Shown here: positions 28,631 to 38,160 of the stretch, piece by piece
How positions within the stretch are numbered: the stretch's first letter is position 1
How the letters are laid out: the number at the start of each line of letters is the position of its first letter
Assembly: GCA_964514995.1 (NCBI GenBank)
Contig: CAZETA010000002.1
Coordinates: 10,530 to 74,529, forward strand
Direction: 5' to 3'
Origin: an uncultured Gammaproteobacteria bacterium
Lineage (GTDB): Bacteria > Patescibacteriota > Patescibacteriia > Magasanikbacterales > GWA2-37-8
DNA length: 64,000 nucleotides
Position numbers and translations under genes: made by a program
The notes under the pieces: model-generated
Told to the model about the DNA's origin: nothing
Databases searched by the model: none
What the model saw: the letters and a program-made list of their open reading frames with translations, nothing else

Positions 28631-29413
28631 ATGCATATGTCAGAATTAGAAAGACGCATAGGTAACCAAGTCCTGCACAGAAAAACTAACGTTGAAATTA
28701 AGCGGGGCGGTGAGGAATTGGGCAAAGGTTTGACTGAAGGAACAGTGCGCAGAGTTGATATTACTATTTTTGGGGATAAAGGGAAGACACGGAATGCACA
28801 TTTAGCTGAAAAGATATTCGATCATCCACAGTTAACGTCAGAAGCTAAGAAAGATGCAATTGATGAAATATTAAAAATACATGCAGAGCTCAAGGCGTTA
28901 GGCTTTCCAACTATCCCTACTATGCGTACAGAGATCGGAAATGATAGTAGTATTCTTATGACTGATCTGACAGACAAAGGGGCAAATGAGGTAGTAAGTG
29001 TCCCGGATTGGGGTGGTGGCCCAGAAAGATCGGGAAAATTTTATCAAACAGATTATAAAGTAGAGATTTCAAATGCAGAACAATTAAGTCAGTCATTAGC
29101 AAGTTTATTTGAGCAGACTATAGAAAAAGGCTGTACCGTAGCTTTCCCCGATGCATTTTTTATGATTATTAATAAGGCCTCGAAGGAGGGTAGGATTATT
29201 TTTGGTGATTTGCTTGAAATTAGCTTTATCAATATACCTGAAGATCCTAGCGTGCGTGAGGTTTTTATGGAAAATAATTTTGAGGTATTTAGCAGTTTTA
29301 TTTTAGATATGCGTAAGCATACACAGGCACAGCCGCCACTCTCAATGAGACCTTTGAGAGAAGTCAGAAAAAAGTACCTAGATAAATATAGGGCTATGAG
29401 ATCGGGAGGATAA
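28631..29413 (+). CDS. Hypothetical protein, weakly kinase-like
   Basis: AEK, L...G.PT.P, LMTDL and FGDL in kinase-like spacing. Confidence 0.6.
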   Translation: MHMSELERRIGNQVLHRKTNVEIKRGGEELGKGLTEGTVRRVDITIFGDKGKTRNAHLAEKIFDHPQLTSEAKKDAIDEILKIHAELKALGFPTIPTMRTEIGNDSSILMTDLTDKGANEVVSVPDWGGGPERSGKFYQTDYKVEISNAEQLSQSLASLFEQTIEKGCTVAFPDAFFMIINKASKEGRIIFGDLLEISFINIPEDPSVREVFMENNFEVFSSFILDMRKHTQAQPPLSMRPLREVRKKYLDKYRAMRSGG

Positions 29414-29416
29414 TTT

Positions 29417-30454
29417 ATGAAAAAAAATGTATTAATAGTAGGAGTGGTTTTATTTTTTATTTTTGTAGTATCAGCTTTATGGCATCTAAGGCCTGGAGGG
29501 AATGCAGAAAGCGATTTTTTTGCTAGCAATCGGTTGAGAAATCAGTTTCCCATCGCTGCTAACCGAGAAGATATTAAAAAACAAGTAACCCTCCAATTTT
29601 TTGGTGACATAATGCTGGATCGTGATGTTGCTCGGGCGATGGGTAAGAATAATTTAGATTATATCTTTGCCAAGGGCACGTCATCAAGTAGTGTTTTTAT
29701 CACTGCAGATCTAACCATTGCAAATCTGGAAGGTCCATTTGCGCCAAGCCGTGTACCCACCAGCAAATCCATTGCCTTTCGATTTGATCCCAAGTTGGCA
29801 GCACAACTCAGAGGGTATGGTTTTGATGGATTTAATTTGGCAAATAATCATAGCTATGACATGGGTAGGCAAAACCTCGTTTTTACCAGAAACACGTTAG
29901 AAGAAAACAATTTGTTTTATTTTGGTGATGAGTATAGCCAGGGTCCAGAATACACCTATATAGCCGGAGAAAAGGAAGGACTGCCATTTACCATTGCTTT
30001 TGTGGGTTTTAATGACACTGAACATTCTCTTAGTTTGGAAAAGGTAAAAATGGTTATAGCAGATGCAAAAAGTAAAGCAAAATTTGTAATTGTTAATATT
30101 CACTGGGGAGAAGAATACCAGCAACATTCAAATATGAGGCAGCAGACTCTAGCCCACCAAATAATAGATTGGGGAGCGGATGCAATTATTGGTCATCATC
30201 CACATGTAGTACAGGAAATGGAAGTATATAATGATAAGCTAATCTTCTATTCTCTCGGTAATTTTATCTTTGATCAGTATTTTTCAAAACCAACACAGGA
30301 AGGAATTAGCGTAGGACTGACCATGTCTGAAGACGGAAAAATTGACTGGACAGCACTGCCTTTTTTTAGTAAAAAATCGCAGGTGCAGTTGATGTCAGGA
30401 GCACAACGAGACGTGTTTATGGAGTGGTTTGAGCAGAATAGTAGAATGAGGTAG
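29417..30454 (+). CDS. CapA/PGA_cap family metallophosphoesterase-fold protein
   Basis: GDIML.R, NLEGP, LANNH..D, IHWG.EY, GHHPHV and YSLGNF motifs. Confidence 0.92.
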   Translation: MKKNVLIVGVVLFFIFVVSALWHLRPGGNAESDFFASNRLRNQFPIAANREDIKKQVTLQFFGDIMLDRDVARAMGKNNLDYIFAKGTSSSSVFITADLTIANLEGPFAPSRVPTSKSIAFRFDPKLAAQLRGYGFDGFNLANNHSYDMGRQNLVFTRNTLEENNLFYFGDEYSQGPEYTYIAGEKEGLPFTIAFVGFNDTEHSLSLEKVKMVIADAKSKAKFVIVNIHWGEEYQQHSNMRQQTLAHQIIDWGADAIIGHHPHVVQEMEVYNDKLIFYSLGNFIFDQYFSKPTQEGISVGLTMSEDGKIDWTALPFFSKKSQVQLMSGAQRDVFMEWFEQNSRMR

Positions 30455-30487
30455 TATTAGAAGCGATGTTAACAATAAGTATAGTTT

Positions 30488-31213
30488 ATGAGCGGACATT
30501 CAAAATGGCATAACATACAGGCGAGGAAAGGCAAGCAGGACGCTTTGCGTAGTGGGCAATTTACCAAGATTTCTAAGTTGATTAGTATTGCGGCAAGAGG
30601 TGGCGGTGATCCGACCGCTAATTTTTCATTGCGCATTGCCGTTGATAAAGCCCGGGCTGTCGGTATGCCTAAAGACAATATCGAGCGGGCGATCAAGCGA
30701 GGCACCGGTGAGCTCGAGGGGGCGCAAATTGAAGAAGTGTTGTATGAGTGTTATGGTCCGGGCGGGGTGGCGGTACTCGTCAAATGTTTAACCGATAATA
30801 AGAATCGCACGGTATCGGACATCAAACATATTTTTTCCAAGCACGATGGTTCTATGGCTGGAGCTGGCAGTGTGTCGTGGATGTTTCAGCAGTTGGGAGT
30901 GATTACGATTACTAAAGACCAGCTAACAATAAATAAAATTGATCGAGATATGTTTGATTTGCAAGTGATTGATGCAGGCGCAGAAGATATCGAAGAAGAC
31001 GGAGAGTTGATTATTAAAACCAAAATAGAGAATTTTCAGAAAGTGTTAAGTTCTTTAAAAGAAATGAATGTAGAAGTAACTGAATCTGGTTTGCAGTGGG
31101 TGGCGAAAGATACAGTTCCGGTAAGTGTCGAAGTATCTGAGAAACTGCAAGGATTATTTGAGGAATTGGACGGGAGTGATGATGTTGACGATTACTTTAC
31201 GAATGCAGAGTAA
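30488..31213 (+). CDS. yebC: YebC/PmpR family protein
   Basis: MSGHSKW, YE.YGPGG and TDNKNRT motifs. Confidence 0.95.
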   Translation: MSGHSKWHNIQARKGKQDALRSGQFTKISKLISIAARGGGDPTANFSLRIAVDKARAVGMPKDNIERAIKRGTGELEGAQIEEVLYECYGPGGVAVLVKCLTDNKNRTVSDIKHIFSKHDGSMAGAGSVSWMFQQLGVITITKDQLTINKIDRDMFDLQVIDAGAEDIEEDGELIIKTKIENFQKVLSSLKEMNVEVTESGLQWVAKDTVPVSVEVSEKLQGLFEELDGSDDVDDYFTNAE

Positions 31214-31220
31214 ATTACCT

Positions 31221-31319
31221 ATACTTTTTGTCACCAAAAAGTGTTGGGGCCGCAGAACTCGTCTGACTGACAGGCTGGTTTTGCAAGTAGGTGAGTTCAA
31301 ACAGCTGCCGCCCTAAACC
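31221..31319 (+). repeat. Dispersed REP-like palindromic element, copy 2
   Basis: Shares its flanking blocks with 1394-1480; central segment differs. Confidence 0.8.
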
Positions 31320-31335
31320 CTATAACACAAAGATC

Positions 31336-31851
31336 ATGTCTATTTTGAAAAATAATAACAACGAAGTGATTCTTGGTATAGACCCTGGTTTTGGGAGAGT
31401 CGGCTATGGAATAGTAAAAAAAGACGCGAGAGGTGAGTGGAGGATGGTGGTGTTTGGTTGTCTAGAAACTTCGTCTAAGAAAAGTTTTGTGGAACGAATT
31501 GCTGAGATACACGAAGAGCTAAATGCGATTATAAAAAAACATCAGCCAACTCGGATGGCGGTAGAAGAATTATTTTTTTTCAAAAATGTGAAGACTGCTA
31601 TTGAGGTAGGACAGGCTAGAGGAGTAATACTCCTGACTGGAGTAGAGAATAAGTTGCCAATAGATGAATTTACACCGCTGCAGGTCAAACAAGCGATTAC
31701 CGGTTATGGTAGGGCAGAGAAGGGGCAGATGCAAAAGATTGTGGCTATGATTTTGGGGATGAAGGAAGCAATCAAATCTGATGATGCGGCTGATGCCTTG
31801 GCTGTGGCGCTGTGTGCAGGGCAGAGTTTGTGGGCTAGTAAGTTAGGATGA
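31336..31851 (+). CDS. ruvC: Holliday junction resolvase RuvC
   Basis: ILGIDPG, AVEELFF, GQARGV, TPLQVK and DDAADALA motifs. Confidence 0.97.
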   Translation: MSILKNNNNEVILGIDPGFGRVGYGIVKKDARGEWRMVVFGCLETSSKKSFVERIAEIHEELNAIIKKHQPTRMAVEELFFFKNVKTAIEVGQARGVILLTGVENKLPIDEFTPLQVKQAITGYGRAEKGQMQKIVAMILGMKEAIKSDDAADALAVALCAGQSLWASKLG

Positions 31852-32241
31852 TTGTATTTTTTTAAAATCCTTTCTTCCTAGAACAAGAAAGAATAGAATC
31901 GCGATTGGCAGAACTTCTTTATTTAGAGATATGGCTGCGCCTGGGGCAAGCTGGATTGCCATTTCTTCTACATCACTCACTGCCAGAATCGGCAGGAGTA
32001 AAATAATTAGAATAATGGTCAGTATATAGGCCCAACGTTTTTGTTTGAAGAGAAATAATGTCGGAATGCTTATTGCAATGATTAGTAGAGCGGATACGCT
32101 TGTGACAAAATTACTGAGGGTGGCAAATTCACCGCCGCCTCTCGGTCCGGTGAAAGAAATATAAGACAGGATTATGTTTGTGATTACAAAAATAAGTAGC
32201 AGTCCCATGGCGATTTTTGTTGTAATTGAGAGATTCTTCAT
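31843..32241 (-). CDS. Hypothetical membrane protein
   Basis: Four hydrophobic segments. Confidence 0.65.
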   Translation of the reverse strand: MKNLSITTKIAMGLLLIFVITNIILSYISFTGPRGGGEFATLSNFVTSVSALLIIAISIPTLFLFKQKRWAYILTIILIILLLPILAVSDVEEMAIQLAPGAAISLNKEVLPIAILFFLVLGRKDFKKIQSS

Positions 32242-32331
32242 ATCTTTTACATTAAAGCTATGTGTGTTAAGATTATAAAACTAATAAAATTATACTGCTC
32301 GACTATATATAAAGCAATATTTTAGACAATT

Positions 32332-32793
32332 ATGGATCGGCCAAAACTTATCCTTATCCTCCCCAACATCCGTAGTGGCCACAATGTCGGCGCGATTTTT
32401 CGTACGGCTGATGGTGCTGGCGTGGATAAATTATATCTAACCGGTTACACTCCCTGTCCGCCGCATCCGCAAGTAGACAAGGTATCGCTCGGGGCGGAAA
32501 AGTGGATGCCGTGGGAATATCGCAAGCAGCCTGGTAAGTTGCTTAAAGAATTAAAGCAAATGGGGTATACTATAGTAGCCTTAGAACAAATAAAAACGAG
32601 CCAGGATATATTTGCCTGGCAGCCAAAATTTCCCTTAGTCCTTGTTGTAGGGAATGAAAAAACCGGAGTTTCTAAATCGCTACTTAAGTATTGTGATGAG
32701 GCAGTAGAAATTCCGATGCGAGGTAAGAAAAACAGCCTAAATGTGAGTGTGGCCACAGGAATTGCCATATATCACATGGCCCGTCATCTTTAA
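32332..32793 (+). CDS. TrmH/SpoU RNA methyltransferase
   Basis: NVGAIFRTAD, GNE..G and IPM.G...SLNVSVA motifs. Confidence 0.93.
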   Translation: MDRPKLILILPNIRSGHNVGAIFRTADGAGVDKLYLTGYTPCPPHPQVDKVSLGAEKWMPWEYRKQPGKLLKELKQMGYTIVALEQIKTSQDIFAWQPKFPLVLVVGNEKTGVSKSLLKYCDEAVEIPMRGKKNSLNVSVATGIAIYHMARHL

Positions 32794-32796
32794 AAT

Positions 32797-33519
32797 ATGC
32801 AATCAACAATCCAATTATTTCATCATTTCTACGAAAATCTGCCGCCGCTCGTGTCCGAAGAAGTGGTTTTGTCTATGCAGAATGAATTACAACGATTGGA
32901 AAACAATCCGAATGTTACCATAGAAGAAGTAGAAGAAAGCATGGTCAAATTTGGGTACGAAGTTTGGCCGTGGAATCAGGCCTTCAAATTTTTTCTCACC
33001 GCTGTTGAAGATAAGATGGGGAAGCACTTCCTCTTGCCCCGAATGAGTGCAGGCTTACATGCCAAGTATCAAAATTTTATAGCTTGTAATGGTACTCTGA
33101 GAGATTTGCAGACCGGTAGACCAGCTTCGTTTTTTACTTCCGAAGAACGAGCCGAATTATGTGAAAAGCTCGTGGATATGCGACTACATTTGCGAGAGTA
33201 TGTTAAGCGGGATGTGGTAAGTCTGAATAGAGAATTATATTTGGAAAAAGTATCTGAATATCAAAATTTATTAGAAAAAATTAAGTTTAATCTCGAGTCG
33301 TTGCGGAATTTTTTGGAAAAAGAAGAAGATGGATCTCCGCTGGTGGGAGAGATTAATGCCAAGATAAAAGATTTTGAACACAGCCTATGTTTGCTTGGCA
33401 CGGAAATGGATTATGAAGCAGTGTGTCAGGTACAGGATTTTTTTGTGGGCAGAAAAAAAGACCTCGCCAGAATGCGAGGTATCAACGTGCCGGTGGAGTT
33501 TGATTTTTATAGTAATTAA
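32797..33519 (+). CDS. Hypothetical helical protein
   Basis: 240-aa ORF starting 3 nt after the methyltransferase. Confidence 0.7.
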   Translation: MQSTIQLFHHFYENLPPLVSEEVVLSMQNELQRLENNPNVTIEEVEESMVKFGYEVWPWNQAFKFFLTAVEDKMGKHFLLPRMSAGLHAKYQNFIACNGTLRDLQTGRPASFFTSEERAELCEKLVDMRLHLREYVKRDVVSLNRELYLEKVSEYQNLLEKIKFNLESLRNFLEKEEDGSPLVGEINAKIKDFEHSLCLLGTEMDYEAVCQVQDFFVGRKKDLARMRGINVPVEFDFYSN

Positions 33520-34499
33520 CTAATCAGCCGAGGTTTGATAGAAGGAAACTGAGAAATGGCTTTGGCCATTTCTTTTTGCGTGAGAAGTTTTTTGTCCGGG
33601 TCGTGAGAAGTGATGGCAGCACAGCTATTCGCAATTCCCCATTGTAAAGCAGTGGGAGTGTCTTTCTTATAGAATTTTGCAGCCAAATAGCCTGCCGAGA
33701 AGGCATCGCCAGCGCCGGTTTTTGTCACCACTTCAACTGGAAAACTCTCAGTGTGCCAGACACAATCTTTGTTTCCAGCCCAAGCGCCACGACTACTATC
33801 AGTAATAACTATTTCCTGAGCACCGAGATTTTGCAGGTTTTTGATAAGGGCAATAGCATCAGTTGGCTGGCTTGCTGGTGTGCTACAAATTGTGCGGGCT
33901 TCTTCTATATTTACAATGAGTAAATTCGTACGGGCAATAACTTCTTTGACTAGATCGAGCTTTTGTAATTGTACGGTGCCCGGATTATAAGCTAAAGAAA
34001 TATTTCGGTTTCTGTATACGTGTTGTAATAGTTTTTTTTGTATGGCTTCGTAACCTTCACTGAGACTGGTGTAGTATGCCCAATCTGTTTTTGGCAGACT
34101 GGTCGGAAATTTATAATTTCTTTTTTGGTGGTAGGAAAGAATAGTTCGTTCTTGTTTGAAATTTAGTACGACTGAATATCTGGTTTTTGCCTTTGGATCG
34201 CTAAATACCATTTTGGTATTTACTTTGTTTTTCTTTAACATTTCCAGAAGCATGTTGCCGTTAGCGTCTTTGCCAATAGAAGAAATAATACTGGTTTTTA
34301 GACCAAGAGCAGCTGCAGAAACAGCAACGTTCGCTGCATTGCCACCTACAGATTGGAAACTGTCAGTGATCGGAATTTTAGCGGCGTAATTGAGGCAAAG
34401 TTGGCAGTTATGTTGATTGAGGTCGCACTCAAGTGTGGCGTTGTCAATCATTATATGTGTGTCAATCACGCTGTCGCCGATAGTGAGAAGGTTGGGCAT
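33516..34499 (-). CDS. PfkB-family carbohydrate kinase
   Basis: GGNAANVA, NPG, N.EEA and TGAGDAF motifs. Confidence 0.92.
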   Translation of the reverse strand: MPNLLTIGDSVIDTHIMIDNATLECDLNQHNCQLCLNYAAKIPITDSFQSVGGNAANVAVSAAALGLKTSIISSIGKDANGNMLLEMLKKNKVNTKMVFSDPKAKTRYSVVLNFKQERTILSYHQKRNYKFPTSLPKTDWAYYTSLSEGYEAIQKKLLQHVYRNRNISLAYNPGTVQLQKLDLVKEVIARTNLLIVNIEEARTICSTPASQPTDAIALIKNLQNLGAQEIVITDSSRGAWAGNKDCVWHTESFPVEVVTKTGAGDAFSAGYLAAKFYKKDTPTALQWGIANSCAAITSHDPDKKLLTQKEMAKAISQFPSIKPRLIS

Positions 34500-34521
34500 A
34501 TTCTAAATTTGTTCGCCGCTT

Positions 34522-34779
34522 CTATCTTTTTAATGAAGACTTTGCTTCAAGTCTTTTGTTGAAATAGATTAGGCCGGCGATAAAAGCTGTTGTTGGGAGT
34601 AGGATAATTATAGGAAACATTATTAAAACATCCTTGACTTCTTGGGATAATTGCAAGTATCCATTAGGAATTTCTGTCCAGCCTGGATTGAATTCTTGCG
34701 AAATTAGATAACTTAACAGAAAGAAGCTTATCCATGCTCCTAATAAGACCCCAAGGATTAACTGGCGGTGACGGTACAT
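34522..34779 (-). CDS. Hypothetical membrane protein
   Basis: Two TM helices; tightly packed in the operon. Confidence 0.6.
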   Translation of the reverse strand: MYRHRQLILGVLLGAWISFFLLSYLISQEFNPGWTEIPNGYLQLSQEVKDVLIMFPIIILLPTTAFIAGLIYFNKRLEAKSSLKR

Positions 34780-34781
34780 AT

Positions 34782-35105
34782 TTAAACCTTTTTTGACTCT
34801 GTTTGCTCCCTGCGATCTTCAGGATAGCAAACGTGCCTATGATGGCCGGTGAGAATCTCAATGAGTTCTATCCAGCTGCCGACAAAAAGGCCGATCATAG
34901 CCAAAGAGAATATTTTATTGCCAAGCCAGAGTGAATATACGAGTAAACAGGCAGAGGCCAGAATAAATACAGCGTCCTGTCGGCGTTCGGCTTCTAAGAA
35001 TACTCCATAGGTAAGTAGAATTGCGCCAAGACCGGCAACTACATTCATGATGATGTCTATCAGTGGCCAAGGCATGGTGGGGAATAGGTTGAGAAATGAT
35101 TCCAT
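34782..35105 (-). CDS. Hypothetical membrane protein
   Basis: Three hydrophobic segments; tightly packed in the operon. Confidence 0.65.
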   Translation of the reverse strand: MESFLNLFPTMPWPLIDIIMNVVAGLGAILLTYGVFLEAERRQDAVFILASACLLVYSLWLGNKIFSLAMIGLFVGSWIELIEILTGHHRHVCYPEDRREQTESKKV

Positions 35106-35122
35106 AGATGTTTAGTAAGGAT

Positions 35123-36070
35123 TTATTCTTTCCATCTATTAATATACTCTATTGCTGCCAAAGCCGCAATAATTCCTTGGCCCGCGGCAATACCGATTTG
35201 TTTGTAGGCAACGGTGGTCACATCGCCGGCGGCAAAGACACCAGGTAAATTAGTACGGCATTTTTCGTCTACCACAATTTCTCCCACTTTGTTTTTATCT
35301 ACACCGTCAACAAATTGTGAGTTCGGAATTTGTCCAATATGCACCATGACCCCGTCAGCGGCGATTTCTTTTTCTGTGCCGGTTGTATCTTTATACGCTA
35401 CCCCAGAAACTCTGTTTTCACCCATAATTTTTGTGGTTTCGGCCTCGTAGATAACTTCTATATTGCCCAGTGTTTTTAGTTTTTCAATCAGGATATTTTC
35501 ACCTTTCGGGAAGCCATAATTTTGTTCGGCAGTATTGGCAAATTTACTGATCAAGTAGACCTTTTTGGCAATGCCAGCCATCATGAGGGCGGATTCTAGG
35601 GCGGCGTTGCCGGAGCCGATAGTCACCGTAGTTTTATTCTTAAACAATGGGCCGTCGCAGACCGTGCAGTAGGTAATACCTTTTTGGTATAGTTCCTGTT
35701 CACCGGGAATGCCAAGGTGGCGAGGGTGAATACCGGTGGCAATAATCACGGTTTTAGTTTCAAATTCTTGCGTCTCACCATTTCCATTTTCAGCTATGAC
35801 TCTGTAATGATTTTTGACGGGAGTAATAGCAGTAACCCTCAATCCCTCTCGAATATCCACGCCATATGATTTGACATGTTCGGTAAATTTTTTTGCCAGT
35901 TCAAAGCCTTGGATATTAATAATTCCCGGCCAGTTGGCGACTTCTCCTGAAAGAGCTACTTCTCCGCCAGTGTCTAGCGTGATAATTTTAAAATTTAGAT
36001 TTCTTCGCGCTGAGTAGATGGCAGCGCTAGAACCGGCCGCAGCCGCGCCGATGATAATAAGATCGAGCAT
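35123..36070 (-). CDS. trxB: Thioredoxin reductase-family flavoprotein
   Basis: CTVCDG, GSGNAA and FAAGDV motifs. Confidence 0.9.
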   Translation of the reverse strand: MLDLIIIGAAAAGSSAAIYSARRNLNFKIITLDTGGEVALSGEVANWPGIINIQGFELAKKFTEHVKSYGVDIREGLRVTAITPVKNHYRVIAENGNGETQEFETKTVIIATGIHPRHLGIPGEQELYQKGITYCTVCDGPLFKNKTTVTIGSGNAALESALMMAGIAKKVYLISKFANTAEQNYGFPKGENILIEKLKTLGNIEVIYEAETTKIMGENRVSGVAYKDTTGTEKEIAADGVMVHIGQIPNSQFVDGVDKNKVGEIVVDEKCRTNLPGVFAAGDVTTVAYKQIGIAAGQGIIAALAAIEYINRWKE

Positions 36071-36071
36071 A

Positions 36072-36725
36072 TTAGATAGTTATTTCTCCTATGGCTTGGA
36101 CTAATTTTTCATGTTCCACTTCCGGATCTTCGGCTTTGAAGAAGGCGCTGCCAACATATAATTTGTTCGCGCCAGCGTCTACCACTGACTTGATAGTTGA
36201 TTCATTGATACCGCCATCAACTGAACAGATTATATCCAGGCTCAATTGTTTGAATTCTTTTATTTTTTCTAGTACCTCTGGCACAAATGACGAGCCTTGG
36301 TGACCAGGATGTACGGTCATAAATAAGAGTTCATCTACCAGATTGAAATACGGTTTGGCTTTGTCGAGTGGGGTGTCCGGATTTAGGGCAATGCCAACTT
36401 TCCAGCCGTGATTACGGATATGGCGGATGCATTCTTCGACGTCAGTTTCCGCTTCAATATGAAACACGACGCTTTGTACCGTAGACACGTCTTTCCACAT
36501 GCCGATTTCAGTCAGCGGATCTTTGACCATCAGATGCAATTCAAAATAGGCCTCCGTATTAACATCGTTAACTTGTTCTCGTTCGCTAAAGGATTTGTTA
36601 TCAACAAGCAACCCATCCATGACATCTATCTGAATGGAGGAAAAATCTTTTGTAAGTTTGTTTACCTGTTCTTTGAAGGATTCGAAGTTGTCGGTGAGAA
36701 TAGCGGGGACAATGAGGGGGAGCAT
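36072..36725 (-). CDS. rpe: Ribulose-phosphate 3-epimerase
   Basis: DVMDG, HLMV, LNP.TP, MTV.PG and VDGGI motifs. Confidence 0.93.
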   Translation of the reverse strand: MLPLIVPAILTDNFESFKEQVNKLTKDFSSIQIDVMDGLLVDNKSFSEREQVNDVNTEAYFELHLMVKDPLTEIGMWKDVSTVQSVVFHIEAETDVEECIRHIRNHGWKVGIALNPDTPLDKAKPYFNLVDELLFMTVHPGHQGSSFVPEVLEKIKEFKQLSLDIICSVDGGINESTIKSVVDAGANKLYVGSAFFKAEDPEVEHEKLVQAIGEITI

Positions 36726-36730
36726 ATAAT

Positions 36731-37177
36731 TTATTTTTCTAATTCTTTAATTTTATTGTTCCTTCGCACAAACCGTTCGTCGCCGTCAAATTTTGTATCT
36801 AAAAATTTTTTTACTATAGCTTTGGCAAAATCTACAGAAGGCAGTAGTCGCGCCCCCAGGCAAAGAATGTTGGCGTTATTGTCTTTGCGGCCCAGCTCGG
36901 TAGCTCGAAGATTATATCCTTGGACAGCGTACGCACCTTTTACCTTGTTAGCTACAATACAGGTGCCTTGGCCGCTACCGCAGATCAGGATACCCATATT
37001 TTCTGTACTTTCAGCCACTTTTTTGGCAAGCGGTATGGCATAATCAGGAAAATCATCTGTTTCTATCAAAACTTCAGGGCCTAGGTCCTTTACATCTCTT
37101 TTCAATTCAGTTTTTATATATCCAGTAAGTTCTTTTTTGAGCTGAAAACCGGCATGATCAGAGGCGATGTAGAGCAT
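36731..37177 (-). CDS. rpiB: Ribose-5-phosphate isomerase B
   Basis: SDHAG, ICGSGQG and NNAN.LCLG motifs. Confidence 0.93.
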   Translation of the reverse strand: MLYIASDHAGFQLKKELTGYIKTELKRDVKDLGPEVLIETDDFPDYAIPLAKKVAESTENMGILICGSGQGTCIVANKVKGAYAVQGYNLRATELGRKDNNANILCLGARLLPSVDFAKAIVKKFLDTKFDGDERFVRRNNKIKELEK

Positions 37178-37281
37178 ATAATTCTGCTTAAATATGAGTA
37201 TAATTGTACCTGGTTATAATTTTTTTTACAACCCTATATTTTTTGACTCAAAGCAGCATTTTTGGTATTGTTAGAGACACT

Positions 37282-38136
37282 ATGAAGGTAAGACTACCAG
37301 ATATGGGAGCGGGTAGACCGCCAGAAGGCAAAGAGGTAAAGGAAAGCGCTAAAATACACAAACTTTGTGAGCCTATTTTTAGACACCTGCGAGAATTAAC
37401 AGATCCTAACATTCAATATATCAGAGATGTGGCTGTAGACCTAAATGGTAGGGTTCTAAATATGTACGGAATAGAGGAAGTCCCCAGGGTGCCCACCCCG
37501 GATCAAAGACTTGAAGCGCAAGGTTTTTGTAAAAAATTAATACATGACATCAACCAGTTGTTTAGAGATAGGCCTGATCTAGCGGAAAGACAACCGCTGC
37601 AAGAGATTGTAGAGTATGTGGATCAAGTGCTAATGCCTTATATAAATACAATATCAGCTACTGAAGATGTAGAAGTAGAAAGGCGAGCCAAAGTTTTAGG
37701 TGATTACGAATCACCACATTTATCACTTAGGAGTGTATTTACTTTGCTAGCAGAAATAAAGGATGACTCAATAAAGATGTCAGTTACTTTACCTATTAGA
37801 CATATAAATACAATGTTGGTTTGGATCGATGAAGGGGCGACTCATAAGGGCGTTGATTTTAGGCAGGCGCTAGAATCAGGTAAGAATCAACTGGCTAAGC
37901 TAATTTATCGTTGTATAACCCTTGACATTAACGATCAAAAGCGTTTAAGCCTTATCAAAGAACAAGTTGATGGTGTGGTCTCAGAATATTTATTAAATAT
38001 GGGGGCAGCAGAGAAGCAGAGGCAACAAGATGAATACCGGAGACTAGTTAAAGTTGTAGTGACTACCAGTAAAGATAGGCCACGAAAAAGCAAAGGTATG
38101 TATACTCCTCAGCCTAAGGGTGGACGGAAAAAGTAA
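37282..38136 (+). CDS. Hypothetical protein
   Basis: Long ORF with no recognisable motif; start set at ATG 37282. Confidence 0.65.
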   Translation: MKVRLPDMGAGRPPEGKEVKESAKIHKLCEPIFRHLRELTDPNIQYIRDVAVDLNGRVLNMYGIEEVPRVPTPDQRLEAQGFCKKLIHDINQLFRDRPDLAERQPLQEIVEYVDQVLMPYINTISATEDVEVERRAKVLGDYESPHLSLRSVFTLLAEIKDDSIKMSVTLPIRHINTMLVWIDEGATHKGVDFRQALESGKNQLAKLIYRCITLDINDQKRLSLIKEQVDGVVSEYLLNMGAAEKQRQQDEYRRLVKVVVTTSKDRPRKSKGMYTPQPKGGRKK

Positions 38137-38160
38137 AATCGAAAGTGTAATTAAAAGAAT

